Notes: generated by a model from the sequence alone, not told the origin. Shown: positions 1 to 9,944, numbered from the stretch's first letter. The stretch: 64,000 bases of DNA from Egibacteraceae bacterium (GCA_050743625.1 JBOGED010000195.1:1643-65642), one strand, 5' to 3'. Translations and numbers: made by a program.

Positions 1-190
1 CTCCGGCCGCGTCAACCAGCCGGTCGATGCGTGGAATCTTCTCCAACGGCGTCTCCATACCCCGCAGCCTAGTGGCCCATCGCCGAAATTCCTTTAGCAG
101 TCCCGGAGCGCACACCCTACGCCCGGGACCGCCCGACGGTCGTTGTGTGCTGGCGTGGTTGCCAAGCGGCGAGCGCCATAGCATGCGGAT

Positions 191-973
191 GTGGCCGTTC
201 TCGACGAGCTCACGAGCGTGGTGCTTGCGCCCAATCCGTCGCCGATGACGTTAGAGGGGACGAACACGTACCTCCTTGGCGCACCGGGCAGCGGCACCAT
301 GATCGTCGTCGACCCTGGACCGGACAGCCCGCAACATCGCACCGCGGTAGAAGCGGAGCTGGCCCACCGGGACGCTGAGGTGGTGGCAGTTGTGCTGACC
401 CACCATCACGCCGATCACGCCGGGGCGGCGGGATGGGCGGCGGCCTGGGGAGCCACGCTCTACGCCTTCGCACCCGCACTGATCCACGCCGCCGCTGTCG
501 CGCGGCTGGCCGATGGGCAGGCGTTGGACCACGGCGGCGTGCGAATCGAGGCGGTGCACACCCCTGGGCACGCGAGCGACCACCTGTGCCTGCGCGTCCC
601 CGCGACTGGCGCCGTGCTCACCGGCGACCACGTCCTGGGACGCGGGACCACCGTAGTGGCATGGCCGGACGGGAACATGACGGCGTACATGGACTCCCTC
701 AAGCGCCTCGGAAGCCTGGGGGCGCGGGTCCTCTACCCCGGGCATGGCCCGGTGATCGACCAGCCCGCGCGGGTCGTTGCGTCGTACCTTGCCCACAGAG
801 CGGAGCGTGAGGACCAGATCCTCGCGGCGCTCGCCGCCGGCTACCGCACGCCCTCGCAGATCGTTGCCCGCGTCTACGCCGGCGTCGATGCCGCCCTGCA
901 CCCCTTCGCGGAGCGAAGCGTGCGCGCCCACCTCGATAAGCTCGTCACCGACCATCGAATCCCCCCTATGTAG
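191..973 (+). CDS. MBL-fold metallo-hydrolase (hydroxyacylglutathione-hydrolase-like)
   Basis: 260-aa ORF with a GTG start. It has the HxHxDH motif (THHHADH) and downstream HTPGH and PGHG histidines typical of the metallo-beta-lactamase fold. Confidence 0.85.
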   Translation: MAVLDELTSVVLAPNPSPMTLEGTNTYLLGAPGSGTMIVVDPGPDSPQHRTAVEAELAHRDAEVVAVVLTHHHADHAGAAGWAAAWGATLYAFAPALIHAAAVARLADGQALDHGGVRIEAVHTPGHASDHLCLRVPATGAVLTGDHVLGRGTTVVAWPDGNMTAYMDSLKRLGSLGARVLYPGHGPVIDQPARVVASYLAHRAEREDQILAALAAGYRTPSQIVARVYAGVDAALHPFAERSVRAHLDKLVTDHRIPPM

Positions 974-984
974 GAGCACAGCAC

Positions 985-2514
985 GTGACGATCAAGCTAC
1001 CGCCAGCGAAGTCGGTTGCTGCCAACCCGACCCAAGACGCACTCAAGGCGATGACCTCGCGAATGCCGAACGCGCAGCTCACTGAGTTCGACAACTGGCA
1101 CGTGAAGGCGCGGGTCACCGCGCGCTCCGGTTCCTCGACGTTCGTCGTCACGGACGTCCCCGGATGGACAGAGAAACAATCCATGCCTCGCGCCGAGTAC
1201 GAGGCTGTCGCGGCCATGCAAGACGAGCACATCGCGAGCCGGGACATGATCCTCGTCGAGGGGTACATCGGGCCGGAGAACTCTCCCGTGCGAGTCCCCG
1301 CACGGGTCTACATCGATGCGAGCTTCGCGAACATCCCGGCCATGCAGCAGCAGCTTTACTATCCCAAGGACGAGGACTGGGGAGATGACCAGGCATTCAC
1401 CGTCATCTACACACCAGATCTGCCAGCCCCTGGCTACTCCGGCGATCGCCTTATCGCGATTGACTTGCAGTATTGGGTCACGCGCGTCTGGAACGCCGAC
1501 TACTTCGGCGAGAGCAAGATGGGTGCCTTGCGGATGTGGAACGAGTATGTCTACCAGCGGGGCGGTCTCGCGATGCACGCGGGGGCCAAGGTCATTCCCG
1601 TTGAGGGCGGTGAGAAGGTCTGCCTGATCGTAGGGCTGTCGGGTACCGGAAAGACCACGACCACGTTCACGAGGCAAAACAATTCGCTCCCGGTGCAAGA
1701 CGACTTTGTCGCGCTGATGCCTGGCGGTGAGGTCTATTCCTCTGAGGACGGATGTTTCGCCAAGACATTTGGTCTGGACCCTCGGCAGGAGCCGACGATC
1801 TACCGGGCGCTCACGACACCCGAGGGGTGGCTCGAGAACGTCGCCGTCGACCAGCGGGGAGGCGTCGACTTCTTCGACGGCAGCTACACCGCCAACGGTC
1901 GCGGTACGTTCAAGCTGTCGATGATCGAGCATTTCGATCCCCGCAGGGTCGGCAAGGGGGATTTCCTGCTTATCCTCAACCGCAACGAGACGATCGTCCC
2001 CGCGGTCGCGAAGATGGCGTCCAAGGAGCAGGCGGTCGCGTACTTCATGTTAGGGGAGACGAGGGGCACGTCCGCCGGCGGGGCGACCGAGGCCGGCAGG
2101 TCCCTGCGAATACCAGGCACGAATCCGTTCTTCCTGCAATACGACTATATGCAGGGCAACCGCCTCGGCCAACTGCTGGAGTCGATGGACTACGGATTCG
2201 AGGTGTACGTGCTGTCGACCGGCCGGATCGGGGGCTCGAAGAAGGTCACGATCCCGCACACGTCAGCGATCGTGAAGGCCATCGCCGAGCGCACCATCGA
2301 GTGGGAGCCCGACCCGGACTTCGGCTACCTGACCGCAACCGCGGTCCCAGGCATCGACGACCCCGAGCTCCTCCAACCCCGCCGCCTCTACCAACGAGAA
2401 AACCGCACCCAGGAGTACGAAGACTCAGTCGAGGCCCTAAAAGCGGACCGCCGCGTGTACATGAAGCAACACGAGGGCCTGAACCAGAAGTACATCGACG
2501 CCCTCAACCCATAG
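985..2514 (+). CDS. pckA: Phosphoenolpyruvate carboxykinase (ATP-dependent type)
   Basis: 509-aa ORF with the kinase-1a P-loop GLSGTGKTT. Overall length and motifs (RGTFKL, GGATEAG region) fit ATP-type PckA rather than the roughly 600-aa GTP type. Confidence 0.9.
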   Translation: MTIKLPPAKSVAANPTQDALKAMTSRMPNAQLTEFDNWHVKARVTARSGSSTFVVTDVPGWTEKQSMPRAEYEAVAAMQDEHIASRDMILVEGYIGPENSPVRVPARVYIDASFANIPAMQQQLYYPKDEDWGDDQAFTVIYTPDLPAPGYSGDRLIAIDLQYWVTRVWNADYFGESKMGALRMWNEYVYQRGGLAMHAGAKVIPVEGGEKVCLIVGLSGTGKTTTTFTRQNNSLPVQDDFVALMPGGEVYSSEDGCFAKTFGLDPRQEPTIYRALTTPEGWLENVAVDQRGGVDFFDGSYTANGRGTFKLSMIEHFDPRRVGKGDFLLILNRNETIVPAVAKMASKEQAVAYFMLGETRGTSAGGATEAGRSLRIPGTNPFFLQYDYMQGNRLGQLLESMDYGFEVYVLSTGRIGGSKKVTIPHTSAIVKAIAERTIEWEPDPDFGYLTATAVPGIDDPELLQPRRLYQRENRTQEYEDSVEALKADRRVYMKQHEGLNQKYIDALNP

Positions 2515-2642
2515 GCAACCGCGGCGCCAAGGACCGCGCGGAGCGAAGCGGCCCGTGCGCGCGGTTCGGGGGGCTCGATGCCCCCGAACCGCAGCAGCGT
2601 GAAAAGAACGCCTCGACGTAACCGGAGGGGACTTCGGGACCT

Positions 2643-3290
2643 TTAGCCCAGCCCCAAACTATCCCGAAGCCGGATCAATCCGTCCCGCAACCTTGTCTTC
2701 ACCGTGCCGAGGGGAGCATCGAGGAGCTCCGCCACCTCGCGGTAGGTGTACCCCCCGTAATACGCAAGCTCGACGGCTTCGCGCTGTAGCTCCGTGAGGT
2801 GACTCAAGGCAGCCCGGACCTGTTGGTGCTCGAGGCGGACCTCCACCTCTTCGGCGACCGCGTCGAAGTCCTCGCTCTGTAGGTCTCGGGTTCCCACTGA
2901 GACGTCTCGTTTACGAGCGGCCTCCTCACTCCGCACCCGGTCGACGGCCCGGCGATGCGCCATGGTCATGATCCAGGACCTGGCGCTGCCCCGTCCCGGG
3001 TCGAAGCGGGGAGCCTGCCGCCAGACCTCTAGCAGGACCTCTTGCGCGACCTCCTCCGACTGGGCGGGATCTCGGAGCACTCGACGGATCAGCCCGTACA
3101 CGGGGCCGGATACCCGGTCGTAAAGGGCCGCAAAGGGCGCCTGATCGCCCTTGGCGACCTGGGTGAGCAGTTGCTCAAGCGTGGGTTCCGCCCCCTGGAT
3201 GGCGAACGGTGCGAACGAGCCTTCGTTGCGCCGGCCGCTGCCGCCGTGGCGGCGCAAAGGGGGGCGGGCGTCAGGCAAGCACAGCTCCAA
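2643..3290 (-). CDS. sigK: ECF RNA polymerase sigma factor, SigK-like
   Basis: Region 2 (VYGLIRRVLRD..AEEVAQEVLLEVWR) and region 4 (LTELQREAVELAYYGGYTYREVAELL..PLGTVKTRLRDGL) resemble mycobacterial SigK as I recall it. The N-terminal 30-35 residues of the ORF look non-coding, so the true start is probably internal. Confidence 0.8.
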   Translation of the reverse strand: MELCLPDARPPLRRHGGSGRRNEGSFAPFAIQGAEPTLEQLLTQVAKGDQAPFAALYDRVSGPVYGLIRRVLRDPAQSEEVAQEVLLEVWRQAPRFDPGRGSARSWIMTMAHRRAVDRVRSEEAARKRDVSVGTRDLQSEDFDAVAEEVEVRLEHQQVRAALSHLTELQREAVELAYYGGYTYREVAELLDAPLGTVKTRLRDGLIRLRDSLGLG

Positions 3291-4399
3291 TCCGCGATCG
3301 TTGAATCTACGGCGATGGTCGGAGAGGCCAGTCTATGCAGGAAGTGACACGTGGAAGAGACCCGGGTCCATTGCGCTGCGGAGGAAAGCTGGCAGTCGGC
3401 GGGGGCGGGACACCTTGGGGGCGCGTGAATTTCTGACTCCAGACCTCCTGACACAGCGGCATGAAATGCCAGTTCAGTGCCGTGCGCTGCTGTCGCTGGT
3501 GCGATAATTCATGCGGCGCGACAGGCCGCGGGCAGCCTCGGCAGCTCAGCCCCGCAACGGCGGGCTCCTCCACACTTTTCTGGTTGTCGTGGCCAACAGC
3601 TGCGCAACCCCACTGGGTGACCGCACGAATTATCGCACTATGTCAGGAGCTCTGTAGGCCGACCGGGCCAATGTCGCCTGGTCCTGCTGGGTAACGCCCT
3701 GAAGAGGAAGGCCCATGGCGACTGCGACCTCGATAGCCTCATTCCAAGCTTGTGCGCTCGCCCGTGCGACAAAGGTGAAGCGCAAGACCATCTCGAAACG
3801 GATGCGGCCAAGCTGGCCGAGACCAACATCTCGCTCAAGCAATGCCGGCACCAGCCATCCCGTACAAGGGCAATGGCTGGCACGCGTGGCCAGAGGCCAC
3901 CTCGCCTATTGCGTCGTGCGGCTACGTGCGCTTCGACGCCCGTACCCGAGGCAGGAGCCCAGCGCATGAGTAGCGTTCGTAGGATCTGTGCGGGGGCCGT
4001 CCGCAACGACGGTCCCTACCGCGATCCTTTGATTTTCTGTACTCCTGGTGAAAGAATCCCTCAGCACAGCCGCTATTTTGATAGATGAGCTAAATGAGAT
4101 ATTTGCTCCCTTCCAGCACCGTTCGAACATTCCTACGACGAGCTTGCAGGCTTGAGAAACGCAATGGCCCGACCCGACACAACGGGAACGCAAACGGGCG
4201 ACAAGGCCCGGTGCCAACGGCCACCCGGATCAGCCAGCGTCTGGCCACCCTTGGCTCATGGCCTCGCATGGTGGCCTCATACCAGCAGCCACGAAAGGGC
4301 AGTCATGCTGCAGCGGCACTGCAGGAACGAGGCAAGGGGCTTGCTTCGTAAGTCGTGCCGTTCAACGCTAGTGCCGCTTTATGCACAAGGGGAACAGCT

Positions 4400-5722
4400 G
4401 TGACCGAGATAGCCGAGTGGGACGGCTCGGCGGCCCGAGCGTTGAGGAAGGCCTTGCGCATGACGCAGGAATCCTTCGCCAAGCATTTGGGAGCGAGCGT
4501 ACGGACCGTCCGCGTATGGGAAGCCTCTGGACCTGCCATCACCCCCGCGATGGTGTACCAAGAGGCACTCGACACCGCACTGAAGCAAACCACGCCTGAA
4601 CAGCGCTTACGGTTTAGCGCGCTGCTGGCTGATGAGCAGCGGCCGGACGCGAGGTGGATGGCAGGTGCTGAAGAGGAGGAGGACACGAACCGTCGAGGCT
4701 TCGTCGCGCGGTTCGCCGCAGCGGTCATCACCGCAGGCCTCGTCCCCGGAGACACTGTCGAGCGCCTCGCGGCACCCATGGGCGGCCGGGTGGACTCCAG
4801 CCTCGTGTCCAGCCACGAAGACCTCGCCGATAAGCTCGCGACGGCTCACCGAATCGTGCGCCCCGACATCCTCATCACTCCAGTCTCGAAACACGCCGAC
4901 GAGCTGCTCACCCTCCTGGAACAGCCAATGTCTTCGCCGGACCGAGCCAAGCTCTACGAGCTGACGACGGCCGTGTGCGCATACGCGGGCACGCTCGCGT
5001 TCGGCCTTACGGACCGAGTCCGCGCCCGTCGCTACTTCTCACTGGCCCGCGACGTAGCCGACGACCGCGACAACGATATCCTCCACGCCCAGGCCCTCGG
5101 CGCCTCAAGCGCTATGCACTCCCCACTCCCGCAGGGCGGTCGGGGAGGCAACCCCGAACGCGCCACGGCCATGCTGTCCGAAGCAGTCGACCACGCCGAC
5201 CGAGCCGACGCGCACACCCGCTCGTGGCTGAACCGTTGGCTCGCGTTAGAGCTAGCCGCAGCAGGCGACGAGCGCGGCTTTCGGTTTCACATGCACCGGG
5301 TCGAACAGGCCTTTGCCGAACCCATCGAGGACGGCAAAGGATATTTTGGTCGCGCGCACGATGGCAGCTTTGGCATAGACGACGAGCGTCTCTACGCCGA
5401 TACGGGCCTTGGCCTGATGCTCTTAGGCAAGGCCGACGCCGCGGCGAACCTGTTGGCCCGTGCCCTGACACCTAAGGCAACCCGCTGGGGCGTCTTTCAC
5501 AGCACGATACTGACCGACACCGCTGCCGCTCGTGTCCTGCAGCGCGAGCCCGAGGCGGCCTGCGCCACCCTCTGCCATGCGCTGGACATGACTCTTGCCG
5601 CCGGCTGTCCCGTTGGCGTCGAACGCATCCGCGGCGTGCGTGCCCGTTTCCCGTCAATGTGGACCTCGCTATGGTACGTACGCGACCTCGACGAGCGCTT
5701 GCCTCCCGGGAAGCTCGCCTAA
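4400..5722 (+). CDS. XRE-family helix-turn-helix transcriptional regulator with a long helical C-terminal domain
   Basis: HTH segment LRKALRMTQESFAKHLGASVRTVRVWE near the N-terminus. A GTG at 4400 is preceded by GGGGAA. The Ala/Leu-rich, TPR-like C-terminal part resembles actinobacterial XRE/TPR regulators. Confidence 0.7.
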   Translation: MTEIAEWDGSAARALRKALRMTQESFAKHLGASVRTVRVWEASGPAITPAMVYQEALDTALKQTTPEQRLRFSALLADEQRPDARWMAGAEEEEDTNRRGFVARFAAAVITAGLVPGDTVERLAAPMGGRVDSSLVSSHEDLADKLATAHRIVRPDILITPVSKHADELLTLLEQPMSSPDRAKLYELTTAVCAYAGTLAFGLTDRVRARRYFSLARDVADDRDNDILHAQALGASSAMHSPLPQGGRGGNPERATAMLSEAVDHADRADAHTRSWLNRWLALELAAAGDERGFRFHMHRVEQAFAEPIEDGKGYFGRAHDGSFGIDDERLYADTGLGLMLLGKADAAANLLARALTPKATRWGVFHSTILTDTAAARVLQREPEAACATLCHALDMTLAAGCPVGVERIRGVRARFPSMWTSLWYVRDLDERLPPGKLA

Positions 5723-5825
5723 CGCAGCAACTGCCCTTATCCTGACGCGTCGTGTGTGACCTTGGTGAGCGTACGCGTCGACGGCTCGACCAAGTTGGCG
5801 TCGGATCCGATTTAGAGGCGGCCGA

Positions 5826-6245
5826 TCAGATCGCGGGGATGGGAACGACGTCGATCGCCCCGGCGTGACGGAGCGCCTCTTGGCTGAACCCCCCGGTCCG
5901 GACGCCGAACATCCCGATTCCGGCGCGTCCTGCGGCATAGGCATCCCATGGGCTATCTCCCACGAGAAGTGCCTGAGACGGTGCCACGCCCATGGAGTCG
6001 CGTGCTTCAAGAAACGACGCTCGTGATCGTCGGACATCTGCGACGCCTCTCCCACATGCCCGCCGAGCAGCCACGGCACCAACCGCTGCCCACCCATCCC
6101 GATCCCGTCGTGGATACGCCACAGCGGCACGTCATATCCCCGCGCGTGCAAAGGCCTCCCTCCACGCGAGCACATGATGGAAGACCGAGTCCACCAGCGT
6201 CCCGTCCAGGTCCAGGAGCACGCCTACTGGATCGTGGCTTGCCAT
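5826..6245 (-). pseudogene. HAD-superfamily phosphatase, disrupted by at least two frameshifts
   Basis: The reading from 6245 gives MASHDPVGVLLDLDGTLVDSVFHHVLAWREAFARAGI-stop (HAD motif I, DxDGT). It continues in a second frame (YDVPLWRIHDGIGMGGQRLV...) and then a third (LLVGDSPWDAYAAGRAGIGMFGVRTGG, HAD motif IV). Confidence 0.55.
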
Positions 6246-6272
6246 AGATCGTCCTACCCCGCACCGCGGAAC

Positions 6273-7235
6273 TTACGCGTTCGCGTCAAGGCTCTCGCGC
6301 ACCTCGAGGCTGCCGAAGAGGGTGAACGAGCGGATGACGAGTACCGGACCGTCCTCGGGCGCGGGGCGGTCGCAGGCGAGGCATTCCTGGGAGCCGAAGA
6401 GCGCGAAGGCTCGCGGCTCGACACGGACGTCTGGTGGGACGATGACGTCGACGCTCCCGAAAAGTGACAGCGCGTCCACCTCTTGGGCCGTGGCCGGTAC
6501 CCGGTAGGTGGTTTCGCCGAAGACGGCGGCGGCGTCGTAGCTCCCGACGAACCGCCCCGCACCCAGCAGGGCGAGCACGACGCCGCCCGCGGCGAGCCAT
6601 CGGGCAACGCGGCCGGACCGGCGGCGTTGAGGATGCCTGGCGGGCGCTGGCGCGGGCAGCGCGGTGGCCGGGCGTTCGCGCTCTTGTGTTCGGACCTTGA
6701 CCTCTCCGAGCACGGCGAACGCCCGCACCCGGAGGAGCGGCCCTCGGTCGTCGGATGGCGGGAGGCTCCGGTCCTTGCGCTCGCCGAGCAGCGCGAACCC
6801 TGACATCTCGACCTCGACGTCGGGCGGGACCACGATGTTCACCTCGCCCAGCCAGGCGACCGCCGTCACGGCCACCTCTTCACGATCGAGCTGGGCATGC
6901 CGGAAGTCGAGCGTGGTCTCGCCTAGCGCCGCGATCGTGACCGTCTCGTCCGCCGGACGCCAACGGCCTTCCACCTTGTCCTCGCCGAGGACCGCGGCAA
7001 TCAGCCTGCGGGGCCGGCGGGTGCGATCTGGCCTAGCGTCGAGTGCTGGCAGGCCGGTGAGGGCAGGCTCCAGCTCCCCGCGGGTGTGTGCCCTCAGCAC
7101 GATGTCGATGCGCTCGTCGAACTCATCGAGCTCGAGCAACCCGTCACCCACCGCCTCCTGCAGGCGCCGCTCCGCCGCCTCGCGCTCCGCCGGCGTCAGC
7201 CGGGCTCCCCCCGCCTGTTCAATATTCATATTCAT
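6273..7235 (-). CDS. DUF1707-domain protein with duplicated LiaF-like C-terminal repeats
   Basis: The N-terminal segment AEREAAERRLQEAVGDGLLELDEFDERIDIVLRAHTRGELEPALTGLP matches the DUF1707/SHOCT-like signature. A central TM segment separates two similar beta-rich halves (LGEVNIVVPPDVEVE / FGSVDVIVPPDVRVE). Confidence 0.7.
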   Translation of the reverse strand: MNMNIEQAGGARLTPAEREAAERRLQEAVGDGLLELDEFDERIDIVLRAHTRGELEPALTGLPALDARPDRTRRPRRLIAAVLGEDKVEGRWRPADETVTIAALGETTLDFRHAQLDREEVAVTAVAWLGEVNIVVPPDVEVEMSGFALLGERKDRSLPPSDDRGPLLRVRAFAVLGEVKVRTQERERPATALPAPAPARHPQRRRSGRVARWLAAGGVVLALLGAGRFVGSYDAAAVFGETTYRVPATAQEVDALSLFGSVDVIVPPDVRVEPRAFALFGSQECLACDRPAPEDGPVLVIRSFTLFGSLEVRESLDANA

Positions 7236-7303
7236 CGAAGCCTAGTGTCCGCGCCCCGTCATCCGGTGTCGACCGGGGGTTGCATATCGAGGGCCGAAAG
7301 TGA

Positions 7304-7339
7304 GGCGAGGGACCGGGGTGGGCCACCCGGTCCCTCGCC
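7304..7339. terminator. GC-rich hairpin downstream of the 3-module Gly/Asp-rich gene
   Basis: GGCGAGGGACCGGG-gtgggcca-CCCGGTCCCTCGCC forms a perfect 14-bp stem. The stem core GAGGGnCCGGG recurs after the two paralogous genes. Confidence 0.6.
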
Positions 7340-7372
7340 GTGACCCGCGGCTGGCGGTTGCCGCGGTCGGGG

Positions 7373-8104
7373 TTAGGCGTGGATCGCGATGGCGTCGCCG
7401 CCGTCGCCGCCGCTGGCGTTCGCGCGGCCGACGTCTTCGCAGCTGACCAGGATGGCGCAGATGCCGATGCCTAAGGCGAGGCCGCCGTCGCCACCGTCGC
7501 CACCGATGGCGATGGCCCTGTTGCGGCCGTGGCCCTTGCCCCAGTTCAGTGCTTTGGCGTCGCCGCCGTCGCCGTCGCTGGCGTTCGCGCGGCCGACGTC
7601 TTCGCAGCTGACCAGGATGGCGCAGATGCCGATGCCTAAGGCGAGGCCGCCGTCGCCGCCGTCGCCACCGATGGCGATGGCGCGGTTGTGACCACGGTGG
7701 TTGTCGTCATCGTCATCGTCGTGCTTCTTTTTGTCATGGTCATCGTTGTCGTCGCGGAATTTGTGCTTGTCATCGTCATCGTCATCGTCGAAGAAAAAGT
7801 CGCTGTCGCCGCCGTCCAGGTTGATGGCGGTGGCGTCGCCGCCGTCACCGCCGCTGGCGTTGCCGCTGCCGACGTCTTCGCAGTCCGCGAGGATCGCGCA
7901 GATGCCGATGCCGAGGCCGAGTCCGCCGTCTCCGCCGTCTCCGCCCTTGGCGATGGCGATGTTGTCGTCGCCATTGTCGTCGCCATTGTCGCCGCCATCG
8001 CCGTCGTCGTGGGCGTGAGCGGCCGGAGCCAGCCCGGCGCCCATCATCGCTCCGACCAAGGCGCAAATGAACAATACGTGAAGATTTTTTCGAACGATAG
8101 GCAA
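7373..8104 (-). CDS. Secreted Gly/Asp-rich protein with three two-Cys modules and a poly-Asp/His/Lys linker
   Basis: Signal peptide ending in AAHA. Three copies of IAIGGDGGDGGLALGIGICAIL(V/A)(S/D)CEDVG(R/S)(A/G)NAS(G/D)GDGGDA. Linker FFFDDDDDDDKHKFRDDNDDHDKKKHDDDDDDNHRGH. Two modules are near-identical at the DNA level (7389-7520 versus 7560-7690). Confidence 0.75.
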   Translation of the reverse strand: MPIVRKNLHVLFICALVGAMMGAGLAPAAHAHDDGDGGDNGDDNGDDNIAIAKGGDGGDGGLGLGIGICAILADCEDVGSGNASGGDGGDATAINLDGGDSDFFFDDDDDDDKHKFRDDNDDHDKKKHDDDDDDNHRGHNRAIAIGGDGGDGGLALGIGICAILVSCEDVGRANASDGDGGDAKALNWGKGHGRNRAIAIGGDGGDGGLALGIGICAILVSCEDVGRANASGGDGGDAIAIHA

Positions 8105-8759
8105 GGCGAAACACTCCTTCTTGATCGAAAGCGTCGTATTCTGCCGCCTCCCGACGCCTTAAGCAGCCCATCAGCCGCGATCGGAAAGTCCTGGAACCGA
8201 GTTCCCCTCTCGCGATGGCATTGTAAGCCGGCTATCCCACTGAGAGTGAGTAAGAGTAGGCGCTTATAGTGCTTTTCCGAACTTTTCGGAAGAGCTAGTC
8301 ATTCGTGATTAGGAGAATGGTATCGGGATGAAATATCCTACACTTATATGACTAAATATGGCTATTGGTAGGTATCCCGCGGCTCGGTCGTATCACTCAG
8401 GGTTATCTTGGGCTTGGTCACAGGGTCTCTTACCGTTCTGACGAGTTCCGCTCGCTCCCGCTGTGGAAGGCATAAGTCGTCTGGGGGCTCCACGCCATAT
8501 CCATGAGATCCCACACACAACAGCTGGCGGCACTATTTGACGGCATTCCCCGTGATGGGCAAGCGCGTTGGCGCGCCTATGCGCCCGCAAACGCACATCC
8601 GGTCTTGCGAATGTGCAGGGACACGAGTCGCGTGGAGTATCCGCGCGGGCGGCAGATTGTGTGCGGGATCCTGGCGGTCCGTACTCGCCCGAGCCCGCGC
8701 ACAACTCGTGGCCTTCACGTCGGCGAGACTCGTCGCAACGGTAAAGGGCGAGATGCAAA

Positions 8760-8787
8760 GAGGGACCGGGAAGTATCCCGGTCCCTC
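8760..8787 (-). terminator. Hairpin downstream of the small Gly-rich gene 8830..9093
   Basis: GAGGGACCGGG-aagtat-CCCGGTCCCTC forms an 11-bp perfect stem, 43 nt after the stop codon. Confidence 0.55.
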
Positions 8788-8829
8788 ATGTGCGTATCGG
8801 CGCAGGGGCGAGGGCCGATCGTTCCCGTC

Positions 8830-9093
8830 TTAGCCGATGGCGACCGCTTTCCCGCCGTCTCCACCGCTTGCGTCGGCGACTCCATTGTTCTTGCAGCCGG
8901 CAGAGCCGATGACGGCGATGTTCACCGCGCAGACTCCTACACCGACCGCGATGCCACCGTTGCCACCATTACCTCCGGCCGCGAACGCGGCACCACCCGC
9001 GTGGGCTGCCGGTGCGAGCCCGAACATCATCGTCCCAACGATCAGGACGACCATCACGACGATCCGAAGTTTGTTTCGCAGGATAGACAACAT
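8830..9093 (-). CDS. Small secreted Gly-rich two-Cys peptide (single module)
   Basis: 87 aa. Signal peptide MLSILRNKLRIVVMVVLIVGTMMFGLAPAAHA. Mature part GGAAFAAGGNGGNGGIAVGVGVCAVNIAVIGSAGCKNNGVADASGGDGGKAVAIG. It is a paralogue of 9442..9705 and of the modules in 7373..8104. Confidence 0.75.
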   Translation of the reverse strand: MLSILRNKLRIVVMVVLIVGTMMFGLAPAAHAGGAAFAAGGNGGNGGIAVGVGVCAVNIAVIGSAGCKNNGVADASGGDGGKAVAIG

Positions 9094-9387
9094 AGACCCT
9101 TTCTTGCGTAAGGACGCCCAGGTCTCCCCTCAGGCGACCGCCATTTCCCTTTGGGCAAAGTTGCGGAACAGAAATGGCCCCCTTTGCCTCCCTTTTCCGC
9201 AACAACAGGGAAGCATATCGATGCAGCCGCTAGGCGACAAGGGGGCTATGCGAATTAATTTGAAGTAACTAGTTATAGCGGGAAATAGTAAAAGCATGGA
9301 AATCCGGAAAAGGGGCTATGGCGGCAAATTCCTTTAGTGAATATCTGTCGTGAATAGTATTTACCGGAGTATAGGTGCGGGCATGGC

Positions 9388-9415
9388 GAGGGGCCGGGTC
9401 GCGGCCCGGCCCCTC
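9388..9415 (-). terminator. Hairpin downstream of the small Gly-rich gene 9442..9705
   Basis: GAGGGGCCGGG-tcgcgg-CCCGGCCCCTC has the same stem core as the hairpins at 7304 and 8760. Confidence 0.55.
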
Positions 9416-9441
9416 ACCCGACTTGATCCGTAACCTGGTCG

Positions 9442-9705
9442 TTACCCGCGGGCGATGGCGACAGCTTTGCCGCCGTTCCCACCGTTGGCCTTGGCAACGC
9501 CGTTATTGCGGCAGCCAGCGTTGCCGAAGACGGCGATGTTGACCGCACACACGCCGACGCCCACGGCGGCCCCGCCGTTTCCGCCGTTACCGCCGACCGC
9601 AACCGCCGTGCCGGCGTTGGCCATTGGGATTAACCCGATCGTAATCATGCCCATCACGAGCAACACCATGAGGGCAACACGAAATTTCTTTAGCGCAACA
9701 GACAA
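9442..9705 (-). CDS. Small secreted Gly-rich two-Cys peptide (single module)
   Basis: 87 aa. Signal peptide ending in PMANA. Mature part GTAVAVGGNGGNGGAAVGVGVCAVNIAVFGNAGCRNNGVAKANGGNGGKAVAIARG. Confidence 0.75.
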   Translation of the reverse strand: MSVALKKFRVALMVLLVMGMITIGLIPMANAGTAVAVGGNGGNGGAAVGVGVCAVNIAVFGNAGCRNNGVAKANGGNGGKAVAIARG

Positions 9706-9944
9706 GATGGATCACCCTTCGCGACTCGAAGGCGCCGCCGGTATCCCGCCGCAAGGCGCCTGAATTTGGTGAGATGCGGCTGGGCAATCTTCACCCCGCT
9801 CGCAACTGTGGACAGTATAATCCATTCCTAGCTCACGTACAAGCGATAAGAGGTAATAATCTTGAGGGTGGTCGGGGTCGCGGCGCGTTTATCGATAGCA
9901 TCGCATGTGCCGCGCTGTCCCGTCTGAGTGGGAGGGGGCTGCTG

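Noticed and set aside
3300-4350. AT-richer 1 kb region with several overlapping 70-120-aa ORFs on both strands (for example 3630..3851, 3638..4006, 3750..4088).
   Set aside because: No frame shows a motif, an RBS or a codon bias I can defend. The region could hold a small gene, an sRNA or decayed DNA. It is left unannotated rather than guessed.
8105-8829. ORFs 8393..8758 and 8503..9111 between the Gly-rich genes.
   Set aside because: The translations are low-complexity and overlap the well-supported small secreted gene on the other strand. I treat the region as promoter/leader DNA.
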